Below are positions 1 to 12,210 of a stretch of DNA of 64,000 nt, one piece after another (within the stretch, counting starts at the first letter, position 1; each line of letters opens with the position of its first letter). Position numbers and translations under genes: made by a program. Origin of the DNA: Macrostomum lignano (Eukaryota); assembly GCA_002269645.1 (NCBI GenBank), contig NIVC01003816.1, forward strand, positions 11,514 to 75,513. The letters run 5' to 3'. The notes below the pieces were generated by a model. That model saw only the letters and a program-made list of their open reading frames with translations, had not been told where the DNA came from and searched no databases.

Positions 1-262
1 TCAGAGAAAGGCATCAAATCTCACAGCTTAATCAGAGAATGGCACTGAAATCTCACAGCTTAGTCAGAGAATGGCACTGAAATCTCACAGCTTAGTCAGA
101 GAATGGCACTGAAATCTCACAGCTTAATCAGAGAATGGCACTGAAATCTCACAGCTTAATCAGAGAATGGCACTGAAATCTCACAGCTTAGTCAGAGAAT
201 GGCACTGAAATCTCACAGCTTAGTCAGAGAATGGCACTGAAGTCTCACAGCTTAATCAGAGA
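1..262. repeat. 32-bp minisatellite (~8 copies, runs off the window)
   Basis: Unit TCAGAGAATGGCACTGAAATCTCACAGCTTA(A/G). Confidence 0.95.
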
Positions 263-479
263 ATGGCATCGAACCTCAGCTGCATGAGTGTCACACAGAA
301 GTCCCACAGTTTAGTGATAGAATTGCACCAAAATGTGGGCCACAAATTCGCACCCAAGTCTCGGCACGTGTCTTTAATTGCACTTATCATCTCGAATTAT
401 CCGGCCAAAGCAGCCGCTTTGGCTTTGACTTGTCCGAAAGAAAATTTCTAGCCGCGGCGCTGAACTGCTCGAAACTTAC

Positions 480-643
480 AGATTTCAATTTTCCCCTCGA
501 ACTTCCCTTCTCCCCCTGTCCAGTACTTTCCCAGCTTCGCAGTCGCAGCCTCATCAGAGACCATTAGGAAACCGGGCAATCCAATTCCACGAATCGCTAC
601 TGGGAGCTTGCTGAATGTGGGATTTACTTCCTCAGCAGCCTGG
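480..643 (-). CDS. Probable GluN3-like exon 9 (or terminal exon reading to TAG at 448-450)
   Basis: TTTTCAG acceptor in the required phase 2, open frame QAAEEVNPTFSKLP..., consensus GTAAGT donor; no recognisable homology. Confidence 0.5.
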
Positions 644-869
644 CTGAAAAGTCAATTCCACTTTTATTTGTGTTTTTCTGTGACAAAATTCTAGCCTGGG
701 TTTTTTGAACCGTTTTTTATTTCACATTAGTGATGTTTCGCTGACAAATTAGTATCTATATACGTAAATGGGAAGAGGGAAGGGAGGGGAGATGAGAAAC
801 GGAGGCATAGGAGATGGGTGAGAAATAGTAGATGAGAAACGGGGGGAGCAATGTGTAGAAGGAGGGAGA

Positions 870-1655
870 GATTTGTAGAAGGGGAGAGATGTGTAGAAGA
901 AGGAAGAGGAGATGTGCAGAAGAAGGGAGAGATGTGTAGAACAAGGGAGAAGAGATGTGCAGAAGAAGGGAGAGATGTGTAGAACAAGGGAGAAGAGATG
1001 TGCAGAAGAAGGGAGAGATGTGTAGAACAAGGGAGAAGAGATGTGCAGAAGAAGGGAGAGATGTGTAGAACAAGGGAGAAGAGATGTGTAGAAGAAGGGA
1101 GAGATGTGTAGAACAAGGGAGAAGAGATGTGCAGAAGAAGGGAGAGGAGATGTGCAGAACAAGGGAGAGATGTGTAGAAGGGAGAGGAGATGTGCAGAAG
1201 AAGGGAGAGATGTGTAGAACAAGGGAGAAGAGATGTGCAGAAGAAGGGAGAGATGTGTAGAACAAGGGAGAAGAGATGTGCAGAAGAAGGGAGAGGAGAT
1301 GTGTAGAAGAAGGGAGAGGAGATGTGTAGAAGAAGGGAGAGGAGATGTGCAGAACAAGGGAGAGATGTGTAGAAGAAGGGAGAGGAGATGTGCAGAAGAA
1401 GGGAGAGATGTGTAGAACAAGGGAGAAGAGATGTGCAGAAGAAGGGAGAGGAGATGTGTAGAAGAAGGGAGAGGAGATGTGTAGAAGAAGGGAGAGATGT
1501 GCAGAAGAAGGGAGAGGAGATGTGCAGAACAAGGGAGATGAGGTGTGTAGAAGAAGGGAGAGGAGATGTGCAGAACAAGGGAGAGATGTGTAGAAGAAGG
1601 GAGAGGAGATATGCAGAAGGGAGAAGATGTGTAGAGGGAGGGAGAGGAGATGTGA
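870..1655. repeat. GA-rich 20-26 bp minisatellite
   Basis: GAGATGTG(T/C)AGAA(G/C)AAGGGA variants; explains six ORF-track entries. Confidence 0.95.
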
Positions 1656-1978
1656 GATGGGGAGAGAGTTGACGGTAAGAGAAGGGGTTAAGTATGAGAA
1701 GTGGAGAAAGTGATAAATGAGGCATCCAAGAGGTTACAGTGCAGGGCATAACAGAGGCATAAGAGACGAAGTGTAGAGAGGCTGCGGAGGTATCGATATG
1801 CTTTGCAGTGTAGTGTTTGGAAAGCAGCAGCTCCTGAACATAAGAGTAGAAATTCTCTGACTCTGAAGAGGCCCATCAATGGCCAAGTTGCACTCGCCTA
1901 GCTGGCGCTGCTTGTCAACTTGACAGGCTATAATTCGAAAGAAAACACATTGCTGTCACAACAACTGCAGCCACTCAC

Positions 1979-2061
1979 CTGAGCGCCACGGGCAGCGCGT
2001 CGCGATTGCACCGCCGCCTCTCCTGCGCCTCCCGGTAGCGGACCAGGTGGCGGTAGACCCT
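1979..2061 (-). CDS. GRIN3: GluN3-like subunit, exon 8 (C-terminal tail)
   Basis: TTGCAG|RVYRHLVRYREAQERRRCNRDALPVAL|GTGAGT; continues SQ-RVYR in phase. Confidence 0.7.
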
Positions 2062-2244
2062 CTGCAAGGCGTTTGTGGGAAGAGTTGCTAGGGCCCTGGC
2101 CATTCGGGGAAAACTAGCTCGAGAACTAAACTCATATACACTTGTGCCAAGAAGGGAGTAGAAATCACCCTGGCAGAGTTCCCTAATGGAATCATTTAAT
2201 TGAATTCTCTACTGTAACCCCCATTTTGAATTTCCCTAGTGAAA

Positions 2245-2965
2245 TCCCCTAGTGGAACCCCCTAGTGGAATCCCCCTTGTAGAATCTCCTAGTGGAATCC
2301 CCCTTGTAGAATCCCCTAGTGGAACCCCCTTGTAGAACCCCCTTGTGGAACCCCCCTTGTAGAATCCCCTAGTGGAACCCCCTTGTAGAACCCCCTAGTG
2401 GAACCCCCTTGTAGAACCCCCTAGTGGAACCCCCTTGTAGAACCCCCTAGTGGAAACCCCTTGTAGAATCCCCTAGTGGAACCCCCTTGTAGAACCCCCT
2501 TGTGGAACCCCCCTTGTAGAATCCCCTAGTGGAACCCCCTTGTAGAATCCCCTAGTGGAACCCCCTAGTGGAGCCCCCTTGTAGAATCCCCTAGTGGAAC
2601 CCCCTTGTAGAATCCCCTAGTGGAACCCCCTAGTGGAGCCCCTTGTAGAACCCCCTAGTGGAACCCCCTTGTAGAATCCCCTAGTGGAACCCCCTAGTGG
2701 AGCCCCCTTGTAGAATCCCCTAGTGGAACCCCCTTGTAGAACCCCCTAGTGGAACCTCCCTTGTAGAATCCCCTAGTGGAACCCCCTAGTGGAGCCCCCT
2801 TGTAGAATCCCCTAGTGGAACCGTTTAGTGGAACCCGCTAGTGTAACCCGCTAGTGAAACCCCCTTGTAGAATCCCGGCCCTAGTGGAACCGTTTAGTGG
2901 AACCCGCTAGTGTAACCCCCTATAGTGGAACCCCCTAGTGGAATCCCCCTTGTAGAACCCTCTAC
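2245..2965. repeat. ~13-14 bp subunit minisatellite
   Basis: GTGGAACCCCCTT / GTAGAATCCCCTA alternation. Confidence 0.95.
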
Positions 2966-3637
2966 TGGAATTCCACGGAATCCCCCTAGCGGAATTCCCC
3001 AAGGGAATCTCCAGAAAGCCGTAGGCAAGATAGACATTTTCATTCCGCGTCTTTGTCATGAAGCTATCTAAATCGTGTTTTCACCGTTTCACCGTGTTTC
3101 AAGAGTCAAATCAAGGGTGTCTGCTTATTTAGAAAAATCCTCTCTACATAAAAAATGCTGAGGTTCGAGGATCCACATGGCAGATAGAAGGAAGTACGTG
3201 GTGGAAAAATGTTAACTGAAAAAAATCCGTTGGCTAATAGATCATTTATAGGAAATCGGAATTGAGCTATTAGCTATGAAAATGCATCAGGGATCCGGGG
3301 AAATGTTGAGTTTTATAAGCATTGGCTGAAGTTTTTTGACCGTTTTTCATCGTTTTTTTGCTTTTCCAAATTCAAATTTTAATTATTAGCTATTCGAGCC
3401 TTGATTTTTTCACATATTCTATCTCTTATTTTTGTATTCATTTTTATTGTAATATTCTGTTACACTACTACATTACCTGTAGCAAAATGCCAGAAAGTTA
3501 AACATAGGGCTGCTACAACACAATTAGATTGCATGCTGTCACAGATATCTTCAATCACCCCTTCGGATCGTGCAATTATTTTCCAGGACTGGTCCGCCAG
3601 CTTGCTGCTTCACCGGACCATCGCTACTCAATTTACC

Positions 3638-4320
3638 TCTCCCTCTCCCTCTCCCGCTCCCTCTCCCTAGCTCCCTCTCCCTCTCCCGCTCCCTCTCCCG
3701 CTCCCTCTCCCTAGCTCCCTCTCCCTAGCTCCCTCTCCCTCTCCCGCTCCCTCTCCCAAGCTCCCTCTCCCAAGCTCCCTCTCCCGCTCCCTCTCCCAAG
3801 CTCCCTCTCCCAAGCTCCCTCTCCCAAGCTCCCTCTCCCAAGCTCCCTCTCCCGCTCCCTCTCCCTAGCTCCCTCTCCCTCTCCCGCTCCCTCTCCCAAG
3901 CTCCCTCTCCCAAGCTCCCTCTCCCGCTCCCTCTCCCTAGCTCCCTCTCCCTCTCCCGCTCCCTCTCCATAGCTCCCTCTCCCTCTCCCGCTCTCTCTCC
4001 CAAGCTCCCTCTCCCGCTCCCTCTCCCTCTCCCTCTCCCTCTCCCTCTCCCAAGCTCCCTCTCCCGCTCCCTCTCCCTAGCTCCCTCTCCCTCTCCCGCT
4101 CCCTCTCCCAAGCTCCCTTTCTCGCTCCCTCTCCCTTTACCTCTCCCTCTCCAGCTCCCTCTCCCTAGCTCCCTTTCTCGCTCCCTCTCCCTTTCCCTCT
4201 CCCTAGCTACCTCTCCATCTCCCTCTCCCTCTCCCTAGCTCCCTTTCTCGCTCCCTCTCCCTTTCCCTCTCCTTAGCTACCTCTCCATCTCCCTCTCTTT
4301 TTTCCTCTCCCTAGTCCCCA
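3638..4320. repeat. CT-rich ~12-bp minisatellite
   Basis: CTCCCTCTCCCG / CTCCCTCTCCCAAG units. Confidence 0.95.
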
Positions 4321-4529
4321 CCCTCCCTCTTCCACTCTCTCTCCGTAGCCCTATCTATCGCTCGATTGGTTTATCTCTGACGCATCTAAGAAAATCCATC
4401 AAGCAAAAGAAAATGGATAAAGAAAGTAAATTTTGACTCCAGATTTGGCAACATCTCTCAACCCCCCCCCCAGGGAAAGCGCATGCAAAGTGCTAAATCA
4501 GGATGACCCAGAGCTGACCCTCCACGAAC

Positions 4530-4700
4530 CTGGCTGATTGGCAGGCAGCAGGCGGGGTTCACCCTGACCTTGCGCAGCAGGGGGAACAGGGCAAAGTACA
4601 GCAGGAACTCCGCGGCTGCTGTGGCACCAGACAGCAGAACTCCGAAGCAGAAGAGCAGCAGCGGGCCCGCGAAGTTGGTGGGCGTGAGGCGGACTTTATT
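4530..4700 (-). CDS. GRIN3: GluN3-like subunit, exon 7 (M4)
   Basis: NFAGPLLLFCFGVLLSGATAAAEFLLY hydrophobic M4; ends ISQ|GTTCGT like GluN3 HTSQ|RLHR; alternative donor at 4568. Confidence 0.8.
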
Positions 4701-4729
4701 CTGCGGGTGGTTGAGGGGGTGGGTTCCAG

Positions 4730-5467
4730 CACATCCCCTCACCGACTCCAGCACATTCCCTCACCGACTCCAGCACATCCCCTCTGTGACTCCAGCACAT
4801 TCCCTCACCGACTACAGCACATCACCTCACCGACTCCAGCACATTCCCTCACCGACTCCAGCACATCCCCTCTGTGACTCCAGCACACTCCCTCTGTGAC
4901 TCCAGTACATCCCCTCACCGACTCCAGCACATCCCCTCTGTGACTCCAGCACATTCTCACTGTGACTCCAGCACATTCCCTCACCGACTCCAGCACATTC
5001 CCTCTGTGACTCCAGTACATCCCCTCACCGACTCCAGCACATTCTCACTGTGACTCCAGCATATTCTCTCTGTGACTCCAGTACATCCCCTCACCGACTC
5101 CAGCACATTCTCACTGTGACTCCAGCACATTCTCACTGTGACTCCAGCACATTCCCTCACCTTCTCCAGCACATTCTCACTGTGACTCCAGCACATTCTC
5201 ACTGTGACTCCAGCACATTCTCACTGTGACTCCAGCACATTCTCACTGTGACTCCAGCACATTCCCACTGTGACTCCAGCACATTCTCACTGTGACTCCA
5301 GCACATTCCCACTGTGACTCCAGCACATTCTCACTGTGACTCCAGCACATTCTCACTGTGACTCCAGCACATTCCCACTGTGACTCCAGCACATTCTCAC
5401 TGTGACTCCAGCACATTCTCACTGTGACTCCAGCACATTCCCACTGTGACTCCAGCACATTCTCACT
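4730..5467. repeat. 22-bp minisatellite
   Basis: CCAGCACATTCTCACTGTGACT. Confidence 0.95.
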
Positions 5468-6127
5468 GCAAGCCGAAGCACAGTTACTCGGAAATATTCA
5501 AGGTCGAGTTTCAAGCAGCCGGTTGAGCACACAGAGAAGCACCCAGCGGTCCGCCCGGCAGCTGACCAGCTCCAACTCCTCATAACCTGTCGCTCTCGGT
5601 AAACAAAGCAAGGCCCAGCAAACACAGCGACTGCAGCTCAAGTCTCTCCCATGATGCCCGCCAGCCTCGGGCCCGCGACTGCTGGGCGGCCAACTTCAGG
5701 AATTTCGTCGGCTCCTCTCCCCCCCTGCCGCCAGCTGTCGAGGCTGCTGAAGAACTTTCAGTTTAACAGCACGCCAGGAAGAAGAGAGGCCAGCGGACTC
5801 GGGAAATATGTGTTTGCCCATCATCCGCCTCTCCTCTGGAACATCCCCCCTGCTTGCTCGCTCATTCTCTCTCTGTGTTCGTGTGTGCCTAAGCTAGTAG
5901 CTAGCAGAGCCGGGTTCCTGAGCAGAAAACTGACGAACAATATGACTGTTGAGGAATCGATCTATCGAATGCCAAATTTTTAGCATTGACGCTTTAATTG
6001 GAAGAACGGGTGATCTTGTTTCTTAGAAATTCTCTGAAGGCAGGCTTAGCTCAAAAAAATCATTACGGAGACAGGAATGGCTCATTTCTTCCGTTTCCTC
6101 GTAATAAGGGACTCCATTTTTTTGGTT

Positions 6128-6240
6128 TTACAGGGTGTACAGCAGCCCTGACTTTCTAATGGTCAAGCATGTACACTCTCTGTGCCTTGGGGGTTGGCCC
6201 TCATGGCTGCGAATCGCACAACAACCCCACCCTCCTGGCA
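6128..6240 (-). mobile_element. 5'-truncated SINE copy
   Basis: GTACAGCAGCCCTGACTTTCTAATGGTCAAGCATGTACACTCTCTGTGCC matches the 45520 element. Confidence 0.65.
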
Positions 6241-6318
6241 ACCACCTGCCGCATCTCACATGTCTAGTAGTTGCAAAGGTCGTGACTGACACATAGCATA
6301 GCAACGCTCTGCTCTCAC

Positions 6319-6589
6319 CACGTGAGGTCGCTTGTCCTTTCCCGGCACCACTTTGGTCCACAGATCGATCTTCTGCTTCATCTGGTCGGTGAAATCGTTG
6401 GTGCCGAGCAGGTTGGTGAGGGTGGCGGTCAGGTCCTGGCCTGCCTCTCGCAGCTCCCTGCTGAGTGCGGCGGTGTAGCCAACCCTGCCGAACGGTTTGC
6501 CAACCAATTCCACATTGTAGGTGTGGTTGACTCGCAGCAGGTACTGCAGCAGCTCAGTGTCGTATAGGAATGCCCCAATGCTGCCTTTT
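6319..6589 (-). CDS. GRIN3: GluN3-like subunit, exon 6 (S2)
   Basis: GAFLYDTELLQY...VELVGKPFGRVGY resembles DAFIMDKALLDY...LTVGKPFAIEGY; CCACAG and GTGAGA sites, phase 2 to 0. Confidence 0.9.
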
Positions 6590-6711
6590 CTGTGGGGTGA
6601 AAAATTGTCACATCTTGTAGTTATTTTTACTATACTGATTGGCCCGACTTGCCTCTCGATAGAGAAAATCGATTACTACACGTGGCATATTGAATAGGTT
6701 TTTGAAAAAGT

Positions 6712-8095
6712 CATTGAAAGTCACAAGGTGTCCACTGCGCCGCCCCAAAACACAACCGTTAGAAGCCATTGGAAGTCACAAGGTGTCCACTGCGCCGCCC
6801 CAAAACACAACCGTTAGAAGCCATTGAAAGTCACAAGGTGTCCACTGCGCCGCCCCAAAACACAACCGTCAAAAGCCATTGGAAGTCACAAGGTGTCCAC
6901 TGCGCCGCCCCAAAACACAACCGTTAGAAGCCATTGGAAGTCACAAGGTGTCCACTGCGCCGCCCCAAAACACAACCGTTAGAAGCCATTGGAAGTCACA
7001 AGGTGTCCACTGCGCCGCCCCAAAACACAACCGTTAGAAGCCATTGGAAGTCACAAGGTGTCCACTGCGCCGCCCCAAAACACAACCGTTAGAAGCCATT
7101 GGAAGTCACAAGGTGTCCACTGCGCCGCCCCAAAACACAACCGTTAGAAGCCATTGGAAGTCACAAGGTGTCCACTGCGCCGCCCCAAAACACAACCGTT
7201 AGAAGCCATTGAAAGTCACAAGGTGTCCACTGCGCCGCCCCAAAACACAACCGTCAAAAGCCATTGGAAGTCACAAGGTGTCCACTGCGCCGCCCCAAAA
7301 CACAACCGTTAGAAGCCATTGGAAGTCACAAGGTGTCCACTGCGCCGCCCCAAAACACAACCGTTAGAAGCCATTGGAAGTCACAAGGTGTCCACTGCGC
7401 CGCCCCAAAACACAACCGTTAGAAGCCATTGGAAGTCACAAGGTGTCCACTGCGCCGCCCCAAAACACAACCGTTAGAAGCCATTGGAAGTCACAAGGTG
7501 TCCACTGCGCCGCCCCAAAACACAACCGTCAAAAGCCATTGGAAGTCACAAGGTGTCCACTGCGCCGCCCCAAAACACAACCGTTAGAAGCCATTGAAAG
7601 TCACAAGGTGTCCACTGCGCCGCCCCAAAACACAACCGTTAGAAGCCATTGGAAGTCACAAGGTGTCCACTGCGCCGCCCCAAAACACAACCGTCAAAAG
7701 CCATTGGAAGTCACAAGGTGTCCACTGCGCCGCCCCAAAACACAACCGTTAGAAGCCATTGGAAGTCACAAGGTGTCCACTGCGCCACCCCAAAACACAA
7801 CCGTCAAAAGCCACTGGAAGTCACAAGGTGTCCACTGCGCCACCCCAAAACACAACCGTTAGAAGCCATTGGAAGTCACAAGGTGTCCACTGCGCCGCCC
7901 CAAAACACAACCGTCAAAAGCCATTGGAAGTCACAAGGTGTCCACTGCGCCACCCCAAAACACAACCGTCAAAAGCCATTGGAAGTCACAAGGTGTCCAC
8001 TGCGCCACCCCAAAACACAACCGTCAAAAGCCATTGAAAGTCACAAGGTGTCCACTGCGCCGCCCCAAAACACAACCGTTAGAAGCCATTGGAGG
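6712..8095. repeat. 55-bp minisatellite (~25 copies)
   Basis: GCCATTGGAAGTCACAAGGTGTCCACTGCGCCGCCCCAAAACACAACCGTTAGAA. Confidence 0.97.
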
Positions 8096-8142
8096 TGTCC
8101 AATGCGCAACCCAAAAGACAGGCACTGGATGCCCACTCTCAC

Positions 8143-8276
8143 CCTAGGGCCGCCATGGCCTCCTCAGCGGTGTCAAAGAAGCTGAGGTGCTTCACCAGGT
8201 GATGGTAGGTTCTGTTCAGCTCAATCGCTGTGCCGCTGCCCCTCACGGTGCCCAAACTGATCTGGCCGCTCTGAAT
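8143..8276 (-). CDS. GRIN3: GluN3-like subunit, exon 5 (S2)
   Basis: IQSGQISLGTVRGSGTAIEL (GTVRxS S2 motif); TTGCAG and GG|GTGAGA sites, phase 0 to 2; not in the ORF track. Confidence 0.85.
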
Positions 8277-8514
8277 CTGCAAACATTCGGGCAACTGGAG
8301 GTCAGAGGCAGTGCAGTGAGTGACGCTGCAGTACTATAGTAAGTTAGAGTACAGTATGTAGTTAAACTGCAGTAACATGGATAGCCACTCAACAGTAGAT
8401 GAAAAGGAAAAGCTTGATTTTTATCTGGAACTATCGCTTTTCTCACTTCGAGCAGCAATTGTTATCAAAATAACGCTTTTATACAAACCAGACCAGTAGA
8501 ATATGATCATTTGC

Positions 8515-9165
8515 CCACACACTATGCCCATTCACCCACGGACTATACCCATTCACCCACGGACTATACCCACTAACCCCACAGACTATGTCCATTCACG
8601 CCACATACTATGCCCATTCACCCATAGACTATGCCCATTCACCCATAGACTATGCCCATTCGCCCATAGACTATGCCCATTCGCCCATAGACTATGCCCA
8701 TTCGCCCATAGACTATGCCCATTCGCCCATAGACTACTTGTATGCCCATTCACCCCACACACTATACCCAGTCATCACCCACAGACTATGCCCATTCACC
8801 CATAAACTATGCCCATTCACCCATAGACTATACCCATTCACCCATAGACTATACCCATTCACCCATAAACTATACCCATTCACCCATAGACTATACCCAT
8901 TCACCCATAGACTATACCCATTCACCCATAGACTATACCCATTCATCCATAGACTATACCCATTCACCCATAAACTATACCCATTCACCCATAGACTATA
9001 CCTATTCATCCACAGACTACGCCCATTCACCGGGACTATACCCATTAACCCCACCACAGACTATGCCCATTCACCCACAGACTATGCCCATTCACGCCAC
9101 ACACTATACTCATTCACCCACAGACTATGCCCATTCACCCTACAAACTATGCCCATTTACCCACA
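8515..9165. repeat. 21-bp minisatellite
   Basis: CACCCATAGACTATGCCCATT. Confidence 0.95.
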
Positions 9166-9571
9166 GATTGCATTTAGCAACAGCAATTTATTCTGCTGAT
9201 AAATTTCTGGCAAAATCCTCGTGTGAGAGCAGGTGGCGGGGGCAAAATGAAGGAATGAAAATTCACGCATTCACTTTCCTGATTTCAGATTAAAGCGAGG
9301 TTCCAAAAATGGGTATTAATTATTAAAATTGTTTAAAAAGGCAATGCGGCGCAGAACAATGCAAGAAAATTTTCTGCTCAGCAAATTGTGTTGCCAAATG
9401 AAAAAATCAATAATTTGCCAATTTTATTATCCGAAATTTTGAAATACTAACTTAAAATGCGTTTTTTGTTGAGCTTTGCCTCCATGAAGGCTGTCATATG
9501 GGACTGTGTGAGGATCTGCATCCATTTATAGCTGCTAGATTAGCGAAACACGTCTGGGTTTGCCCGGCTGT

Positions 9572-10165
9572 CTCCCCTCTCTGTCTCCCCCTCTCTGTCT
9601 CCCCCTCTCTGTCTCCCCCTCTCTGTCTCCCCCTCTCTGTCTCCCCCTCTCTGTCTCCCCCTCTCTCTTCTCCCCCTCTCTGTCTCCCCTCTCTGTCTCC
9701 CCCTCTCTGTCTCCCCCTCTCTGTCTCCCCCTCTCTGTCTCCCCCTCTCTCTTCTCCCCCTCTCTGTCTCCCCCTCTCTGTCTCCCCCTCTCTGTCTCCC
9801 CCTCTCTGTCTCCCCCTCTCTGTCTCCCCCTCTCTGTCTCCCCTCTCTGTCTCCCCCTCTCTGTCTCCCCCTCTCTGTCTTCCCCTCTCTGTCTCCCCTC
9901 TCTGTCTCCCCCTCTCTGTCTCCCCCTCTCTGTCTCCCCCTCTCTGTCTCCCCCTCTCTGTCTCCCCCTCTCTGTGTCCCCTCTCTGTCTCCCCTCTCTG
10001 TCTCCCCCTCTCTGTGTCCCCTCTCTGTCTCCCCTCTCTGTCTCCCCCTCTCTGTCTCCCCCTCTCTGTCTCCCCCTCTCTGTCTCCCCTCTCTGTCTCC
10101 CCCTCTCTGTCTCCCCCTCTCTGTCTCCCCCTCTCTGTCTCCCCCTCTCTGTCTCCCCTTCTGTC
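9572..10165. repeat. 14-15 bp CT-rich minisatellite
   Basis: CTCTCTGTCTCCCCC. Confidence 0.95.
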
Positions 10166-10740
10166 TGTCTCTGTGTGTCTCTCCCTCTTTCCCTCTCCCT
10201 CTGTCTCACCCATCTGCATCTAACCTCCCTAAGACAGGGCTGCCAAACCGGGACAGAAAATTTCTCCTAAATATGATGCTACGAGTCATATGCAAGCAGA
10301 ACACAAACACTGGTAAATGTTAGGAATGCAAAATTTTCAAAGTAAATTCTCTTCACTTCGCGACAGGATACTCTCTTGAGGCTGAGAATCGGAAAGAGGA
10401 GGAACAGAAGCCCGAGCTGTGAGGCTTGGAAGGCTGCAAATCTAATTAATTCGCAGACAGCGCCACTGATTTGATTGCAGGGCACAGCTGGCTGCTGAAC
10501 TGGGGTTTTGAGAAAGTTTTGTTCAGCCAAAAATCGGCGCAATTAATTTGAATTGTGCTGCAGAATGAGTTGAAGGAATTGGTGAAATTTAAAGCATTTC
10601 ATTAGTACACTTTTTACTGTAAAATTTTACTGCTGTGCCTTTCGCATACGCAGTCTCGTGAGCATGAAAATGCTATTTGATAAACAAATATGAAGAAAAA
10701 GAACAAATCGGAAAATAATTGACATTTTCGATGACTGCTA

Positions 10741-10981
10741 GAGTGACAGATTCGTCGAGTGACAGTTTTGTAGATTGACAGATTCGTAAGAGTGACAGAT
10801 TTTTAGATTGACAGATTCGTAGAGTGACAGATTCGTAGAGTGACATTTGTAGAGTGACATATTCGTAGAGTGACAGACTCGTAGAGTGACAGATTCGTAG
10901 AGTGACAGACTCGTAGAGTGACAGATTCGTAGAGTGACAGACTCATAGAGTGACAGACTTGTAGAGTGACAGGCGACTCAC
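10741..10981. repeat. 16-bp minisatellite abutting the exon 4 donor
   Basis: AGAGTGACAGATTCGT. Confidence 0.9.
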
Positions 10982-11449
10982 CCGGCTGTCGTGGATGCCG
11001 ACGATGTCAGACGCTTCGCCTTCGCCGACCATGAAGGCGGCGAGGTTGGCGGTGTAGCTGGCAATGAAGACGAGGCAGAACATGGCGTAGATATTCAGCA
11101 GGAAGCGGGCGCTCCAGCACTTTGGCGACTTAGTCTGCACCGTGTGCGAGAACAGCACAGACCAGGTGAGGGTCAGAGCGCTTGGGAAGCTGAACACCCG
11201 GCGCCGATTGCGGCCGTAGGGCGTCAGGCCGAACGGGCTGAGCCACTCGTAGATGACGGCGGCAACGGCGGCCACGTGGACGGTGGCCAGGATGCACATC
11301 CACATGAACAGGTCGAAGGGATAGAGGAAGCCAAATCTGGTCGCCCGGCCGCTGAGCTTCTCGGTTCGGTTAACCACGATTGACACCGAGGTCAGCAGGT
11401 AAGGGTCTGAGGTGAGAAAGTCGCGGCGCCAGTTTGCGTTGCTGACCAC
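10982..11449 (-). CDS. GRIN3: GluN3-like subunit, exon 4 (S1 end, M1, M2, M3)
   Basis: YEWLSPFGLTPYGRNRRRVFSFPSAL and KSPKCWSARFLLN match GluN3-type motifs; SYTANLAAF gate; 468 nt, phase 0-0, TTTCAG and GTGAGT sites. Confidence 0.95.
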
Positions 11450-11489
11450 CTGAAACGTCGCGCGACTTTAATGTTATTTGAGGTGTAAT

Positions 11490-12210
11490 TTAACATCACG
11501 TGACTTGAATTGTCTTCAGGTGTGTACTTAAACCTCATGCGGTTTGATTTGTTTTTGAGTGTTATCTTGGAGCATGTACTTAAAAGTCACGTGACTTGAT
11601 TTGTCTTGGAATATGTACTTTAACATCACGTGGCTTGATTTGTCTTGGAGTATGTACTTTAACATCACGTGGCTTGATTTGTCTTGGAGTGTGTACCTTG
11701 ACATCACGTGACTTGATTTGTCTTGGAATATGTACTTTAACAACACGTGATTTGATTTGTCTTGGAGTATGTACTTTAACATCACGTGGCTTGATTTGTC
11801 TTGGAGCATGTACTTTAACATCAGGCGACTTGGGGCCTTTTCATATTGCTTGTTCTGGTTCCAGAACCAGAACCAATTTGTGAAGTATAAATTTTTGTCT
11901 CCATAACTAGAGGGAGATACGTGCTATAACGTTTTTATTATTGAATGACAATCGCCAAGAAGAAAGTGAAAATTCGTGCAAAGTGAGGCTGTTAAGGCAG
12001 TCAAACATTTAACAGAATTTAATAGTTATACTGCTGTTTTTCTTGGAAGATCCGAACCGATTCTGATTCTGGAATTAGTAATATGAAAAGCCCGTTGATT
12101 TATCTTGGAGTGTGTACTTTAACATCACGTGACTTGATTTATCTTGTAGTATGTACTTTAACATAACTGAATTGATTTACTCGGATCTTGTAGTGTGTAC
12201 TTTAACCTCA
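11490..12210. repeat. 39-bp minisatellite split by a Harbinger MITE
   Basis: TACTTTAACATCACGTGGCTTGATTTGTCTTGGAGTATG at 11490-11832 and 12095-12210. Confidence 0.9.
11833..12094. mobile_element. PIF/Harbinger-like MITE, 262 bp, inserted in a minisatellite
   Basis: Imperfect TIR GGGCCTTTTCATATT / AATATGAAAAGCCCG; 3-bp TSD TTG; the 39-bp array resumes on both sides. Confidence 0.7.

Noticed and set aside
1855-1900. Hammerhead-like CTGAAGA-GGCC-loop-GGCC
   Set aside because: Followed by AAGT rather than GAAA; no stem I or III
6712-8095. CRISPR-like array (also considered for the 44-, 42- and 28-bp arrays)
   Set aside because: Head-to-tail units with no unique spacers, eukaryotic intronic context, no cas genes
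10234-10260. hAT-like left terminus CAGGGCTGCCAA
   Set aside because: No matching right TIR or TSD found
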